A stretch of DNA of 64,000 nucleotides from positions 386,172-450,171 of the forward strand of contig OY970358.1 of NCBI GenBank assembly GCA_963718575.1, given 5' to 3'. This document shows positions 1 to 7,005 of the stretch, piece after piece. The notes beneath the pieces were generated by a model, which ran no database searches, was not told the DNA's origin, and worked only from the letters and a program-made list of their open reading frames with translations. Position numbers and translations under genes: made by a program. How positions within the stretch are numbered: position 1 is the stretch's first letter; every line of letters begins with the position of its first letter. The DNA comes from an uncultured bacterium (lineage in GTDB: Bacteria; Patescibacteriota; Minisyncoccia; UBA6257; 2-01-FULL-56-20).

Positions 1-488
1 TTCTTGAAGTCGTGCGTCCCGGCCCAACCGTAGGCGATCAATTCATGGGCGGGAAGATAATCTTTCCTGCCGATAACAGCATTGCTCTTAAGCCAAATGA
101 GTAGCTGAGAAAAATGCACGCCAGCCCGTTCCATGCCGTCGCGAAGCGCAAAAAGCATCTTATCCGAGTTAAAAATATAGACGGTGTTCTTGCGCTCAAG
201 ATGGGGCACGATCGCAGACAGCCACTCAGCCGTAAAGCGAGCGTACTCGCTCTCGGAGGCAAAGTTGTCGTTCAAGATATTTTTTGCCACTCTGATCTTT
301 GCGAATCCCGCCTTCGATTCCGCATATGCTACGGAATATGGAACGTCGCAACAGACGAGTTTTATTTTCCGCTTCCCGACGAGCCGATTCACAAGATCGG
401 CATCGCGGGCATCTGCGCACATGAGCAAATGATTTCCAATGCGGAACGCATCCCCATATTCTATTTTTTTAATTGAGTTTTTTGGCAT
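1..488 (-). CDS. DNA methyltransferase (N6-A/N4-C family), 5' part; runs off the window's left edge
   Basis: Not in ORF track; translated by hand from ATG at 488: MPKNSIKKIEYGDAFRIGNHLLMCADARD...KLVCCDVPYSVAY...FSQLLIWLKSNAVIGRKDYLPAHELIAYGW. GxHxLxCGD-like start and DPPY-like motif IV (DVPY). Confidence 0.8.
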   Translation of the reverse strand, partial: MPKNSIKKIEYGDAFRIGNHLLMCADARDADLVNRLVGKRKIKLVCCDVPYSVAYAESKAGFAKIRVAKNILNDNFASESEYARFTAEWLSAIVPHLERKNTVYIFNSDKMLFALRDGMERAGVHFSQLLIWLKSNAVIGRKDYLPAHELIAYGWAGTHDFK

Positions 489-1752
489 GGATATTGGTCA
501 GGCGTTCAAACCTGGAAATAGTTAGATCGCAAAATACCGGTTCCAATTCGACCGTGTAGACCCGGCGCTTCAGTTGATGGGCGCTGATTAATGTGCTGCC
601 GCTGCCGCAGAAACTATCTAATATGATGTCGCCCGGCTTCGTGCAGCGGCGTATCGCTCGCTCGTGGAGCGTGGGCGGCTTGCTGGTTGCATGCTGATAC
701 TCGCTGCCCGGCAACCGCTTCGCCAGCCATATCTCAATGCCGTCGAGAATATCGTCGAGCGTGCGATTGCCCGTGCCGATCTCCTTATTCATGATCTCGG
801 AAAGATTTTCGATGCCCTTCGTGATCGGCGGCTTGTTTCTGACTCCATAAATACAAGGTTCATAAATCTTGCTGAACGCCACGCCGGGCGTTAACCCCAA
901 TCCATTTTTGATCCATAAGCAGGTGCGCTTGTAATCAATGCCGATCTCCCGATAGAGCGTCTGCAACAACCATACGTACGAGGAATCGCAGTAATAGAAG
1001 ACGTGCACGTCATCCTTCGCGACTGCGAGCGCGTTTACCATGCTCTTGCGGAGGAATTCCCTATAGGCTTCGTCGGTGCGCGTATCATTCACGCTGCCGC
1101 CGTAATTGGCGCGGCCGCCGACACCCTTCGCATAATCGACGCCCCCGCGCAAATTGTAGACCGGATCGGAATAGATCATCGATGCCTTATCGTTGCCGAA
1201 CAGCTTTTTGAGGACGGCGGAATCGTTCGCGTCGCCTACGGCCAGCCGGTGCGGTCCCAGCTGATAGATCTCGCCGAGTTTCGATTTCGGCTTTTTTATC
1301 TTCGCACGCTCTTTCTCTTCATCCCAATGGTCATCTTCCGCTTCGAGCATGCCGTCCCACAGATTTGCGAGTTCGTTCTCATCCATGCCGATCTCAATTA
1401 ACGTCTCGATATCGAAGGCCTGGAGCTTGGAAACGTCCCATTCGCCATGCAGCGCGTTGCTCGCGATCAAATAGCGATCGAATTCTTCCTTAGTGAGCTT
1501 GCGGTTCGGCACTCTGACGTCGACCATCTGATCGCCCATGCCCATTTCCATCATCGCTTGATGGCGGTGCTCCCCTGCGGCGATCGTGCCGTCGACATCG
1601 ATGACGATGATTTCGGCGTAACCGTTAATCTTGAGGCTCTTCTTTAAATTGCCGAACTGCCGCTCCGTATTGGTATTTGGATTTTGAGGACAAGGCTTAA
1701 GACTTTTCAAAAGCCTCCGTTCGTTGTGCCACGCTAAAGGTTGTCTGTTCAT
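469..1752 (-). CDS. ParB/Srx N-terminal domain + DNA methyltransferase (phage-type)
   Basis: N-terminal ParB-like NP...LKKSLKINGY..IIVID..TIAAGEHR; motif IV variant SDPVYN; H.TSKP; motif I DSFCGSGSTL; VELEPVFCD. Confidence 0.88.
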   Translation of the reverse strand: MNRQPLAWHNERRLLKSLKPCPQNPNTNTERQFGNLKKSLKINGYAEIIVIDVDGTIAAGEHRHQAMMEMGMGDQMVDVRVPNRKLTKEEFDRYLIASNALHGEWDVSKLQAFDIETLIEIGMDENELANLWDGMLEAEDDHWDEEKERAKIKKPKSKLGEIYQLGPHRLAVGDANDSAVLKKLFGNDKASMIYSDPVYNLRGGVDYAKGVGGRANYGGSVNDTRTDEAYREFLRKSMVNALAVAKDDVHVFYYCDSSYVWLLQTLYREIGIDYKRTCLWIKNGLGLTPGVAFSKIYEPCIYGVRNKPPITKGIENLSEIMNKEIGTGNRTLDDILDGIEIWLAKRLPGSEYQHATSKPPTLHERAIRRCTKPGDIILDSFCGSGSTLISAHQLKRRVYTVELEPVFCDLTISRFERLTNIHAKKLN

Positions 1753-1771
1753 TGAGTTTATTTAATTAATT

Positions 1772-2146
1772 TTAATTTGCCTTCTTTTGGCCTTTTATCT
1801 GCAGCTCGCCGACATACTGGAGCCACAGCCGAATTGCACCCGGATTTCCTTCTTTCGCCTTTTCGCGGAGGGCGTTGATGACCTCCGGCAGATCGCTCTT
1901 CTCCCGCGCGAGAATTTCGTGTCGGATCAGCGCGGCGAATCCCGGCAATTTTTTCCAGTCCGATAACGTATCGGGGCTGACTCCGAATTTTTTCGCGAAC
2001 ATCTCCTGCGTTTTTACCTCGCGCAATGTGCGCGGCGTCGCGGAAAACCTGACGAATTCTTCAAATTCGCTGGTCAACCTGATGGACGGCAAAATTCTCT
2101 TAATCTCGGACTCCATAGGAGTGGAAACGTTTATTTTGGGGTTCAT
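1772..2146 (-). CDS. HTH protein resembling phage terminase small subunit (phBC6A51-like)
   Basis: TQEMFAKKFGVSPDTLSDWKKLPGF...EVINALREKAKEGNPGAIRLWLQYVG; directly upstream of two phage-type methylases. Start at 2146 is preferred because 2192-2246 is a terminator-like hairpin. Confidence 0.6.
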   Translation of the reverse strand: MNPKINVSTPMESEIKRILPSIRLTSEFEEFVRFSATPRTLREVKTQEMFAKKFGVSPDTLSDWKKLPGFAALIRHEILAREKSDLPEVINALREKAKEGNPGAIRLWLQYVGELQIKGQKKAN

Positions 2147-2184
2147 AATGTTATTTTTTATTGATTTCGGCCTTTTTGAGCAAC

Positions 2185-2246
2185 AAAAAAACCCGAGATA
2201 AATCCACGACATCCCAGCAAAGGAATGTCTTTGGACTTATCTCGGG
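2185..2246 (-). terminator. Long hairpin plus T7 tract upstream of the HTH gene
   Basis: Minus strand reads CCCGAGATAAGTCCA-AA-GACATTCC-TTTGCT-GGGATGTC-G-TGGATTTATCTCGGG-TTTTTTT. Confidence 0.65.
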
Positions 2247-2512
2247 CTCATCCGATGGCGAGGTCTAAGTATAGACCTTACGAACCACGGTATACCGACC
2301 TCGTGCTACGCGGGTATGATTTTCCTCCTAGTCCCGCCTATGAAGAAAACCACAACTATTTACTTTTCAAAAATAAAACCGTCGCGGGATATTTTCATTG
2401 TACCCATCTCGCATCTTAAATCAAGACCCGGCTGCCTGTGCAAAACCCAATGCTTTATAGCAACGCGAATAGCGCTCTTCGCGGAACCGAAAGAACCTGC
2501 TAAAATGCAACT

Positions 2513-3190
2513 ATGCTGATAAAGAAAATCGGGCATTGCTGCCTCCTTATAAGATCCGGATCGGGCGACAACCCGTTGATACTAACCGATCCCGGCTCGT
2601 TTTCCGTCGCGCAAAATAAGCTGCGAGGCATTGATGCGGTTCTTATCACGCACGAGCATGAGGATCACCTGCATATAAAATCGCTGCAGGAAATTCTCAA
2701 AAATAATCCACACGCGGAAGTGATCGCGAACGAAGGGGTCGGCAAAAAACTCGATAAAGTTAATATACCGCATCGTCGCATGCGCGATCGGGATACCGCT
2801 GAGATCAAGCGCGTTTCTATTGAAGCGTATGATGCCAAGCACGAAGAAATTTTCGAAGAGATCGGGCAGGTTCAAAATACCGCATTCCTCATCGCCGGAA
2901 AGCTCCTCATCCCCGGCGATTCGTTTTTCAAGCCGCCCACGTTCGTCGACATCCTCGCTCTTCCCGTCGCCGGACCGTGGTGCAAAATCGGCGATGCAAT
3001 CCGGTATGCGCTCGATGTGCATCCTGCGATAGCATTCCCGATCCACGATGGCATGCTCCAGCGCGATCGGGTCGGAGCGGCCTTTCGGATCCCCGAACAG
3101 GTATTAAAGAAGAACGATATTAACTTCGTAACGCTGGAAGAAGGGCAAGAGCATAATTTTTTATTCGCGGGATTTAAAGATGAGAAATAA
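2513..3190 (+). CDS. MBL-fold metallo-hydrolase
   Basis: GHCCLLI, ILTDPG, THEHEDH (HxHxDH), PGDS, PIHDG motifs. Confidence 0.88.
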   Translation: MLIKKIGHCCLLIRSGSGDNPLILTDPGSFSVAQNKLRGIDAVLITHEHEDHLHIKSLQEILKNNPHAEVIANEGVGKKLDKVNIPHRRMRDRDTAEIKRVSIEAYDAKHEEIFEEIGQVQNTAFLIAGKLLIPGDSFFKPPTFVDILALPVAGPWCKIGDAIRYALDVHPAIAFPIHDGMLQRDRVGAAFRIPEQVLKKNDINFVTLEEGQEHNFLFAGFKDEK

Positions 3191-3247
3191 ATATGACCAT
3201 GCCAACAAATAACTCTTCATTGAACCCTCAGCGAGCACGGCGCGAGT

Positions 3248-3292
<45 letters not shown>

Positions 3293-3329
3293 AACCGGCA
3301 GCCGGTTCGAATCCTTGGATGAATTTTTA

Positions 3330-4355
3330 TTAGCTTCCGGCCGCCCATTTGTTTTCTTCCCTGAACCAAAAAGGAAATTCTTCTTTGATGTGCTGAGCGA
3401 GACGCGCCGCGTTGCCGTGCGTGAGCATTCCCGCATACGACGCCACCGCCTGTTCGGTGGGATTTTCTCTCAGGCCGCGAAACATTCGCTTCTTGCTCGC
3501 CGTCCGCACGACGCGATGATCGGGAAAATGAATCCATCCGAGGAAATCGATGCCCGAGGCGAAACTCTTGATATAAACTTTATCGGGATGAAGGGCAAGC
3601 TTGAGCCGCTCGCCGAGAAATACGCTGATCTGCGGCATCAGATTTTCCAGGTACCGTCTGTCGCGAGAAAGTATTGCGAAATCGTCGGCATAACGGAGAT
3701 AGTACGCTATCTTCAGCTCGCGCTTCATAAATTGGTCGAATTCATTCATATAAATATTCACAAGAAGTTGCGAGGTAAGATTGCCGAGCGGAAGCCCCAC
3801 GCCCGGCCTCGTCGACGAGAAGCTCCCGATCACTTCTCCGAGAAGCCATCGGATTCCTTCGTCGGAAATCCGGCGGTGCAAAATTTCCGAAAGCACGCCA
3901 TGGTCGATTGTCGCGAAGAACTTCCGGATGTCGCATTTCAAGACCCAGACCGTTTTCGTATGATTCGCGCTCTCCTTGCGGGCGAACGAATCAAAACAAT
4001 CCAGCGCCCTATGCGTTCCCTTGTCGACGCGGCAGGAATACGAGTGAGAGATAAACGTTGTATCGAAGAACGGATAAAGCCTTCTATAAATGGCATGATG
4101 AAGCAAGCGATCCCGCACGGACGCCTTATGGATATTGCGCGGCTTCGGGTCGCAGATGTTGAACGCACGATACGGCCCATGCCGATACGAATGAGAAATG
4201 AGATCCCGATGGAGCAGGAAGATATGATCCATGAGGCGCAGCGAGAATTCCTGAACATCGGGTTTATTCCGCTTGCCGACAATGAATTCCGTCCACGCCT
4301 CCAAAAGATTTTCGACGCTCGCGATATCTTCGAGCGTACCCTGAAACTGAATCAT
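3330..4355 (-). CDS. DGR reverse transcriptase
   Basis: RDRLLHHAI, SYSCRVDKGTHRA, VLKCDIRKFF, DGR-type GLPLGNLTSQ (GxxxSQ), catalytic YLRYADDF, GIDFLGW; 341 aa with no maturase or endonuclease domain. Confidence 0.95.
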   Translation of the reverse strand: MIQFQGTLEDIASVENLLEAWTEFIVGKRNKPDVQEFSLRLMDHIFLLHRDLISHSYRHGPYRAFNICDPKPRNIHKASVRDRLLHHAIYRRLYPFFDTTFISHSYSCRVDKGTHRALDCFDSFARKESANHTKTVWVLKCDIRKFFATIDHGVLSEILHRRISDEGIRWLLGEVIGSFSSTRPGVGLPLGNLTSQLLVNIYMNEFDQFMKRELKIAYYLRYADDFAILSRDRRYLENLMPQISVFLGERLKLALHPDKVYIKSFASGIDFLGWIHFPDHRVVRTASKKRMFRGLRENPTEQAVASYAGMLTHGNAARLAQHIKEEFPFWFREENKWAAGS

Positions 4356-4364
4356 GTATAAAGT

Positions 4365-4766
4365 ATGAACGAAACAACGCCAATTCCCAACCGTGCGACG
4401 CTGCCGATCCTGAAGCGGCTGATTACGGTATATAAATCATGGCATGAGACGATGCCCAATCTCGCGAAGACTTCGCGCTATACTTTGGGCGAGAAAATCG
4501 ACGCGCACCTCCTTGAGGTAATCGAACTTGTTTACACGGCAAGCTTTTTGCCGAAGGAGGAGAAATTACCGCTCCTGCAGAAAGCGATGGCGAAAACCGA
4601 TCTTCTCAAATTCTTCTTCCAGATAGGCTGGGAAATAAAATCGCTCGATGTCAAAAAATATATCGCGTTTTCTGAACAGCTCGATGAGATAGGCAGACAG
4701 CTCGGCGGATGGGCGCGGCAGTCGGCACAAAAAGAAACTCCCGCCCCCAAACGAGGGCGGGATTGA
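4365..4766 (+). CDS. avd: DGR accessory variability determinant (Avd, four-helix bundle)
   Basis: K..RYTLGEKID...LLKFFFQIGWEIK.L..KKY....EQLDEIGRQLGGW, typical of the bAvd-like family; adjacent to RT and TR. Confidence 0.88.
   Translation: MNETTPIPNRATLPILKRLITVYKSWHETMPNLAKTSRYTLGEKIDAHLLEVIELVYTASFLPKEEKLPLLQKAMAKTDLLKFFFQIGWEIKSLDVKKYIAFSEQLDEIGRQLGGWARQSAQKETPAPKRGRD
4728..4762 (-). terminator. Hairpin/terminator just 3' of TR, overlapping the avd 3' end
   Basis: Plus-strand TCCCGCCC (4739-4746) / GGGCGGGA (4755-4762); followed on the minus strand by GTTTCTTTTT. Confidence 0.6.
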
Positions 4767-4777
4767 AACGAAGAGGG

Positions 4778-4910
4778 TTGCGCGGGCGGACGCCAGCGAG
4801 GACGCAGTTGTCGTTGAACCTGTTGTCGGGATAGTTCAGGTTGAGCTTGCGGTACTTAGCGTTGCGGTTCAAGTACACGATGCGACGGTTGCGGTTCGGG
4901 TCCAGCCAAG
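4778..4910 (-). repeat. DGR template repeat (TR), 133 bp
   Basis: Aligns ungapped to 5309-5441 (offset 531). In the target frame it reads WLDPNRNRRIVYLNRNAKYRKLNLNYPDNRFNDNCVLAGVRPR, with 9 AAC codons. Confidence 0.96.
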
Positions 4911-5180
4911 GAATGTGCGGAAAGTCATCTGCGCCACCGCCTCTCGGTGCCGGGCGAGAAATCTCGAAGCCGACAGCTTAAGGCTGAATCGAATTTGGAA
5001 TGTCCCCGTGAAGGTAATTCTCCAACTTCCCGCACCAAGCATCCTCGATTTCAAAAACATCAAGAGTCACACTGGAATGAGGCGTACCCGATTCCACTCC
5101 GGACTCTTGCGATGCTGGGTTCGACCGCCCGAAGCCGTAGCCGCAGGCATGCTGATCTACTTCCTGATAGTAATTGTGAG
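4911..5180 (-). ncRNA. Putative structured RNA leader 5' of TR
   Basis: Nested inverted repeats 5038-5043/5111-5116, 5061-5068/5102-5109, 5073-5078/5091-5096, plus small hairpins 4935-4949, 4955-4966, 4974-4986. Confidence 0.45.
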
Positions 5181-5217
5181 CCATTTTTATAAAAAAATAA
5201 AATCGGAAGACAAGTTC

Positions 5218-5253
5218 AAAAAAGAAATGCCCGTTCCAAAATCGGAACGGGCA
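5218..5253 (-). terminator. Hairpin downstream of VR (terminator and/or DGR target-recognition hairpin)
   Basis: TGCCCGTTCC (5228-5237) / GGAACGGGCA (5244-5253), a 10-bp perfect stem followed on the minus strand by TTTCTTTTTT. Confidence 0.75.
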
Positions 5254-5298
5254 AAGGGACTGAGGGTCAAAAATCCAGAGGGCGAAAGCGCTTCAGTT

Positions 5299-5931
5299 CT
5301 AAGACTGTTTGCGCGGGCGGACGCCAGCGAGGACGCAGCCGCCGTCGAACCTGTCGACGGGATAGAACAGGTCGAGCTCGCGGTACTCAGCGCCGCGGCG
5401 CAAGTACACGATGCGACGGTTGCGGCTCGGGTCCAGCCAAGCTTCGTGCAGGAAGATCACGAACGGCTTCTTTCCGGAAGTCGTCGCTTTCCCGTGCTGC
5501 TCGGCGAAACGGATGCCGTGCTCGTACGTCGGGCGAAGCAGACCCTTCTCTTTCAGGATCGCAAGACCTTCTTCTTCGCTGAAGCTCTTGCCGGGGTCGA
5601 CGATTTCGATCTCGTCATCCCACGGCGTTTCGGAGGCTGTCAGCGGGAAGTTGGCCTGCGTGATCCAGTCGTTGAAGGGAAAGCCCAGCGCGGCCGTGAT
5701 CTCGTCGGTGTTGTTCGACCCGCCCATCTTCACCGTGAAGACAGAGGGGTCGAAGCCGAGAACCTTCTGAAACTCGTCTCGGTTGACCTTTGTCGGGTCG
5801 AGTTCCGCAGCGCAGCGCCGAAGATCGGTGAGAAGTCCGGAAGCAATCAATGCTTGAAGCTGACCGGACTCAAGGGTTTCAAACAGTTCGGCAAGATGCT
5901 TGCCTTGGGAAAGGGTAGCGGTCGTTGTCAT
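5299..5931 (-). CDS. DGR target protein with C-terminal variable region (CLec-like fold inferred)
   Basis: ATG 5931 is preceded by SD AAGGAG; the last ~45 codons are the VR; no signal peptide or TM segment is apparent. Confidence 0.9.
   Translation of the reverse strand: MTTTATLSQGKHLAELFETLESGQLQALIASGLLTDLRRCAAELDPTKVNRDEFQKVLGFDPSVFTVKMGGSNNTDEITAALGFPFNDWITQANFPLTASETPWDDEIEIVDPGKSFSEEEGLAILKEKGLLRPTYEHGIRFAEQHGKATTSGKKPFVIFLHEAWLDPSRNRRIVYLRRGAEYRELDLFYPVDRFDGGCVLAGVRPRKQS
5309..5441 (-). repeat. DGR variable repeat (VR)
   Basis: 16 mismatches to TR, all at TR adenines (12 A>G, 3 A>T, 1 A>C), changing 12 codons: WLDPSRNRRIVYLRRGAEYRELDLFYPVDRFDGGCVLAGVRPR. Confidence 0.96.
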
Positions 5932-6055
5932 ATGCAACTCCTTCTGCTAGTCCACCGTTTGGATTTTTTGATTGGCGGGTTATAGCTTTCAGGCCGCGAG
6001 ATGGCTCATGGGCTGGAAGCTATAACCGCACCTTGGTTTATTAAAGAACGCTATC

Positions 6056-6084
6056 ATTATACTATTATCAGAAATGCTTGTCAA
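6056..6084 (-). promoter_or_regulatory. Consensus sigma70 promoter of the DGR target gene
   Basis: Minus strand TTGACA (6084-6079) - 17 nt - TATAAT (6061-6056). Confidence 0.85.
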
Positions 6085-6103
6085 TGGCTCGGTTTTTTGT
6101 ATA

Positions 6104-6220
6104 AAAGTTAACGCGATCCGAGGAGAAGCCATTGTCCAATAGCCCTTATTTCTTCTGGTCTTTTTGAAAAGTTAACATATGAAAGTTAACGTGCCGATCT
6201 GTGTAAAGTTTGTTAACTTT
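6104..6220. repeat. Four AAAGTTAAC motifs
   Basis: Direct copies at 6104, 6168 and 6182; inverted copy at 6212-6220. Confidence 0.7.
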
Positions 6221-6340
6221 TCTCGGAAGGATAGCGACCGAGACACCTCGATCCTATTTTCGCTCCGACCCCTTAAAAACGCTTATGGGGCTTGAACGGT
6301 AAAAGTTCTAAACCGACACACACCGCCAGCATTAAAAATG

Positions 6341-6721
6341 TTAGCAAACCGCCGTACGCAGTTTCTCGCTGCGAAGATACAGCCCCGCCCACAAAAGCAC
6401 GGCTACAATCACCGGCGACAAGGTAATGACTAGCGGATTGCCGGCGCGCACGTTGAAATCCACCGCTCCGCCAAGATATCCGGAAAGAAGGATTGCGCCG
6501 ATCGCGGACGTGCGCGGAATAATATAGAGCAAAACACAGACGAGCTCAATGATGGCGAGCGGCACGATGATGCTCAATGAGTATCCGCCCTGCTGATAAG
6601 CCTGAATGACGGCTGCCGGGCGAGCAATATGAATGATGCCATCGAACGCCATGAACGCCGCCGAAAGAGTGCTCACCACACGCCCTGTCCAAAGCCACTT
6701 TTCATTATTCAAATTCAGCAT
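6341..6721 (-). CDS. DoxX family membrane protein
   Basis: IELVCVLLYIIPRTSAIGAILLSGYLGGAV...LLWAGLYLR signature. Confidence 0.85.
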   Translation of the reverse strand: MLNLNNEKWLWTGRVVSTLSAAFMAFDGIIHIARPAAVIQAYQQGGYSLSIIVPLAIIELVCVLLYIIPRTSAIGAILLSGYLGGAVDFNVRAGNPLVITLSPVIVAVLLWAGLYLRSEKLRTAVC

Positions 6722-6794
6722 GGTCTTAGCTTGATTAGCTCATAACCATTATTCCAAATCTACGACGAGATTGTCAAAACCCTCCCCTGCCCTA

Positions 6795-6926
6795 CTAAAA
6801 CAGAAGTCGATAAATAAGTATGATGAGCGCAATAACGAGCAACGCATGGATCAAGCTGCCACCGATCTTGAATCCGAAACCCAGAAGCCAAAGCACTAAT
6901 AAAATTATAACGATAGTCCATAGCAT
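6795..6926 (-). CDS. lmo0937-family small membrane protein (43 aa)
   Basis: Below the ORF-track cutoff; hand translation MLWTIVIILLVLWLLGFGFKIGGSLIHALLVIALIILIYRLLF. Confidence 0.8.
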   Translation of the reverse strand: MLWTIVIILLVLWLLGFGFKIGGSLIHALLVIALIILIYRLLF

Positions 6927-7005
6927 ATGAATGATGCCGAAGCACCGCATGGACTATTACACTCCTTAAGCATATGATGTATCACATAGAGGACAAATAC
7001 TTTCC

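Larger units (their letters stand above)
3330..5931 (-). mobile_element. Diversity-generating retroelement (RT + Avd + TR + VR-bearing target)
   Basis: All four canonical components are present, and TR/VR mismatches occur only at TR adenines. Confidence 0.95.

Noticed and set aside
114-476. Plus-strand ORFs at the left edge
   Set aside because: Shadows of the minus-strand methyltransferase at 1-488.
2185-2345. SAM or c-di-GMP riboswitch
   Set aside because: Consensus core nucleotides were not recognisable; reported only as an unassigned structured leader.
3330-4355. RT as a group II intron, retron or CRISPR-associated RT
   Set aside because: No maturase domain, intron domain V or cas genes; the SQ motif, Avd and TR/VR pair identify a DGR.
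4651-4878. 75-aa ORF translating TR
   Set aside because: TR is open in the target frame by design; it has no RBS and overlaps avd, so it is treated as template RNA.
4915-5985. 356-aa plus-strand ORF over the spacer and target gene
   Set aside because: Antisense shadow; the minus-strand gene has the promoter, SD and VR.
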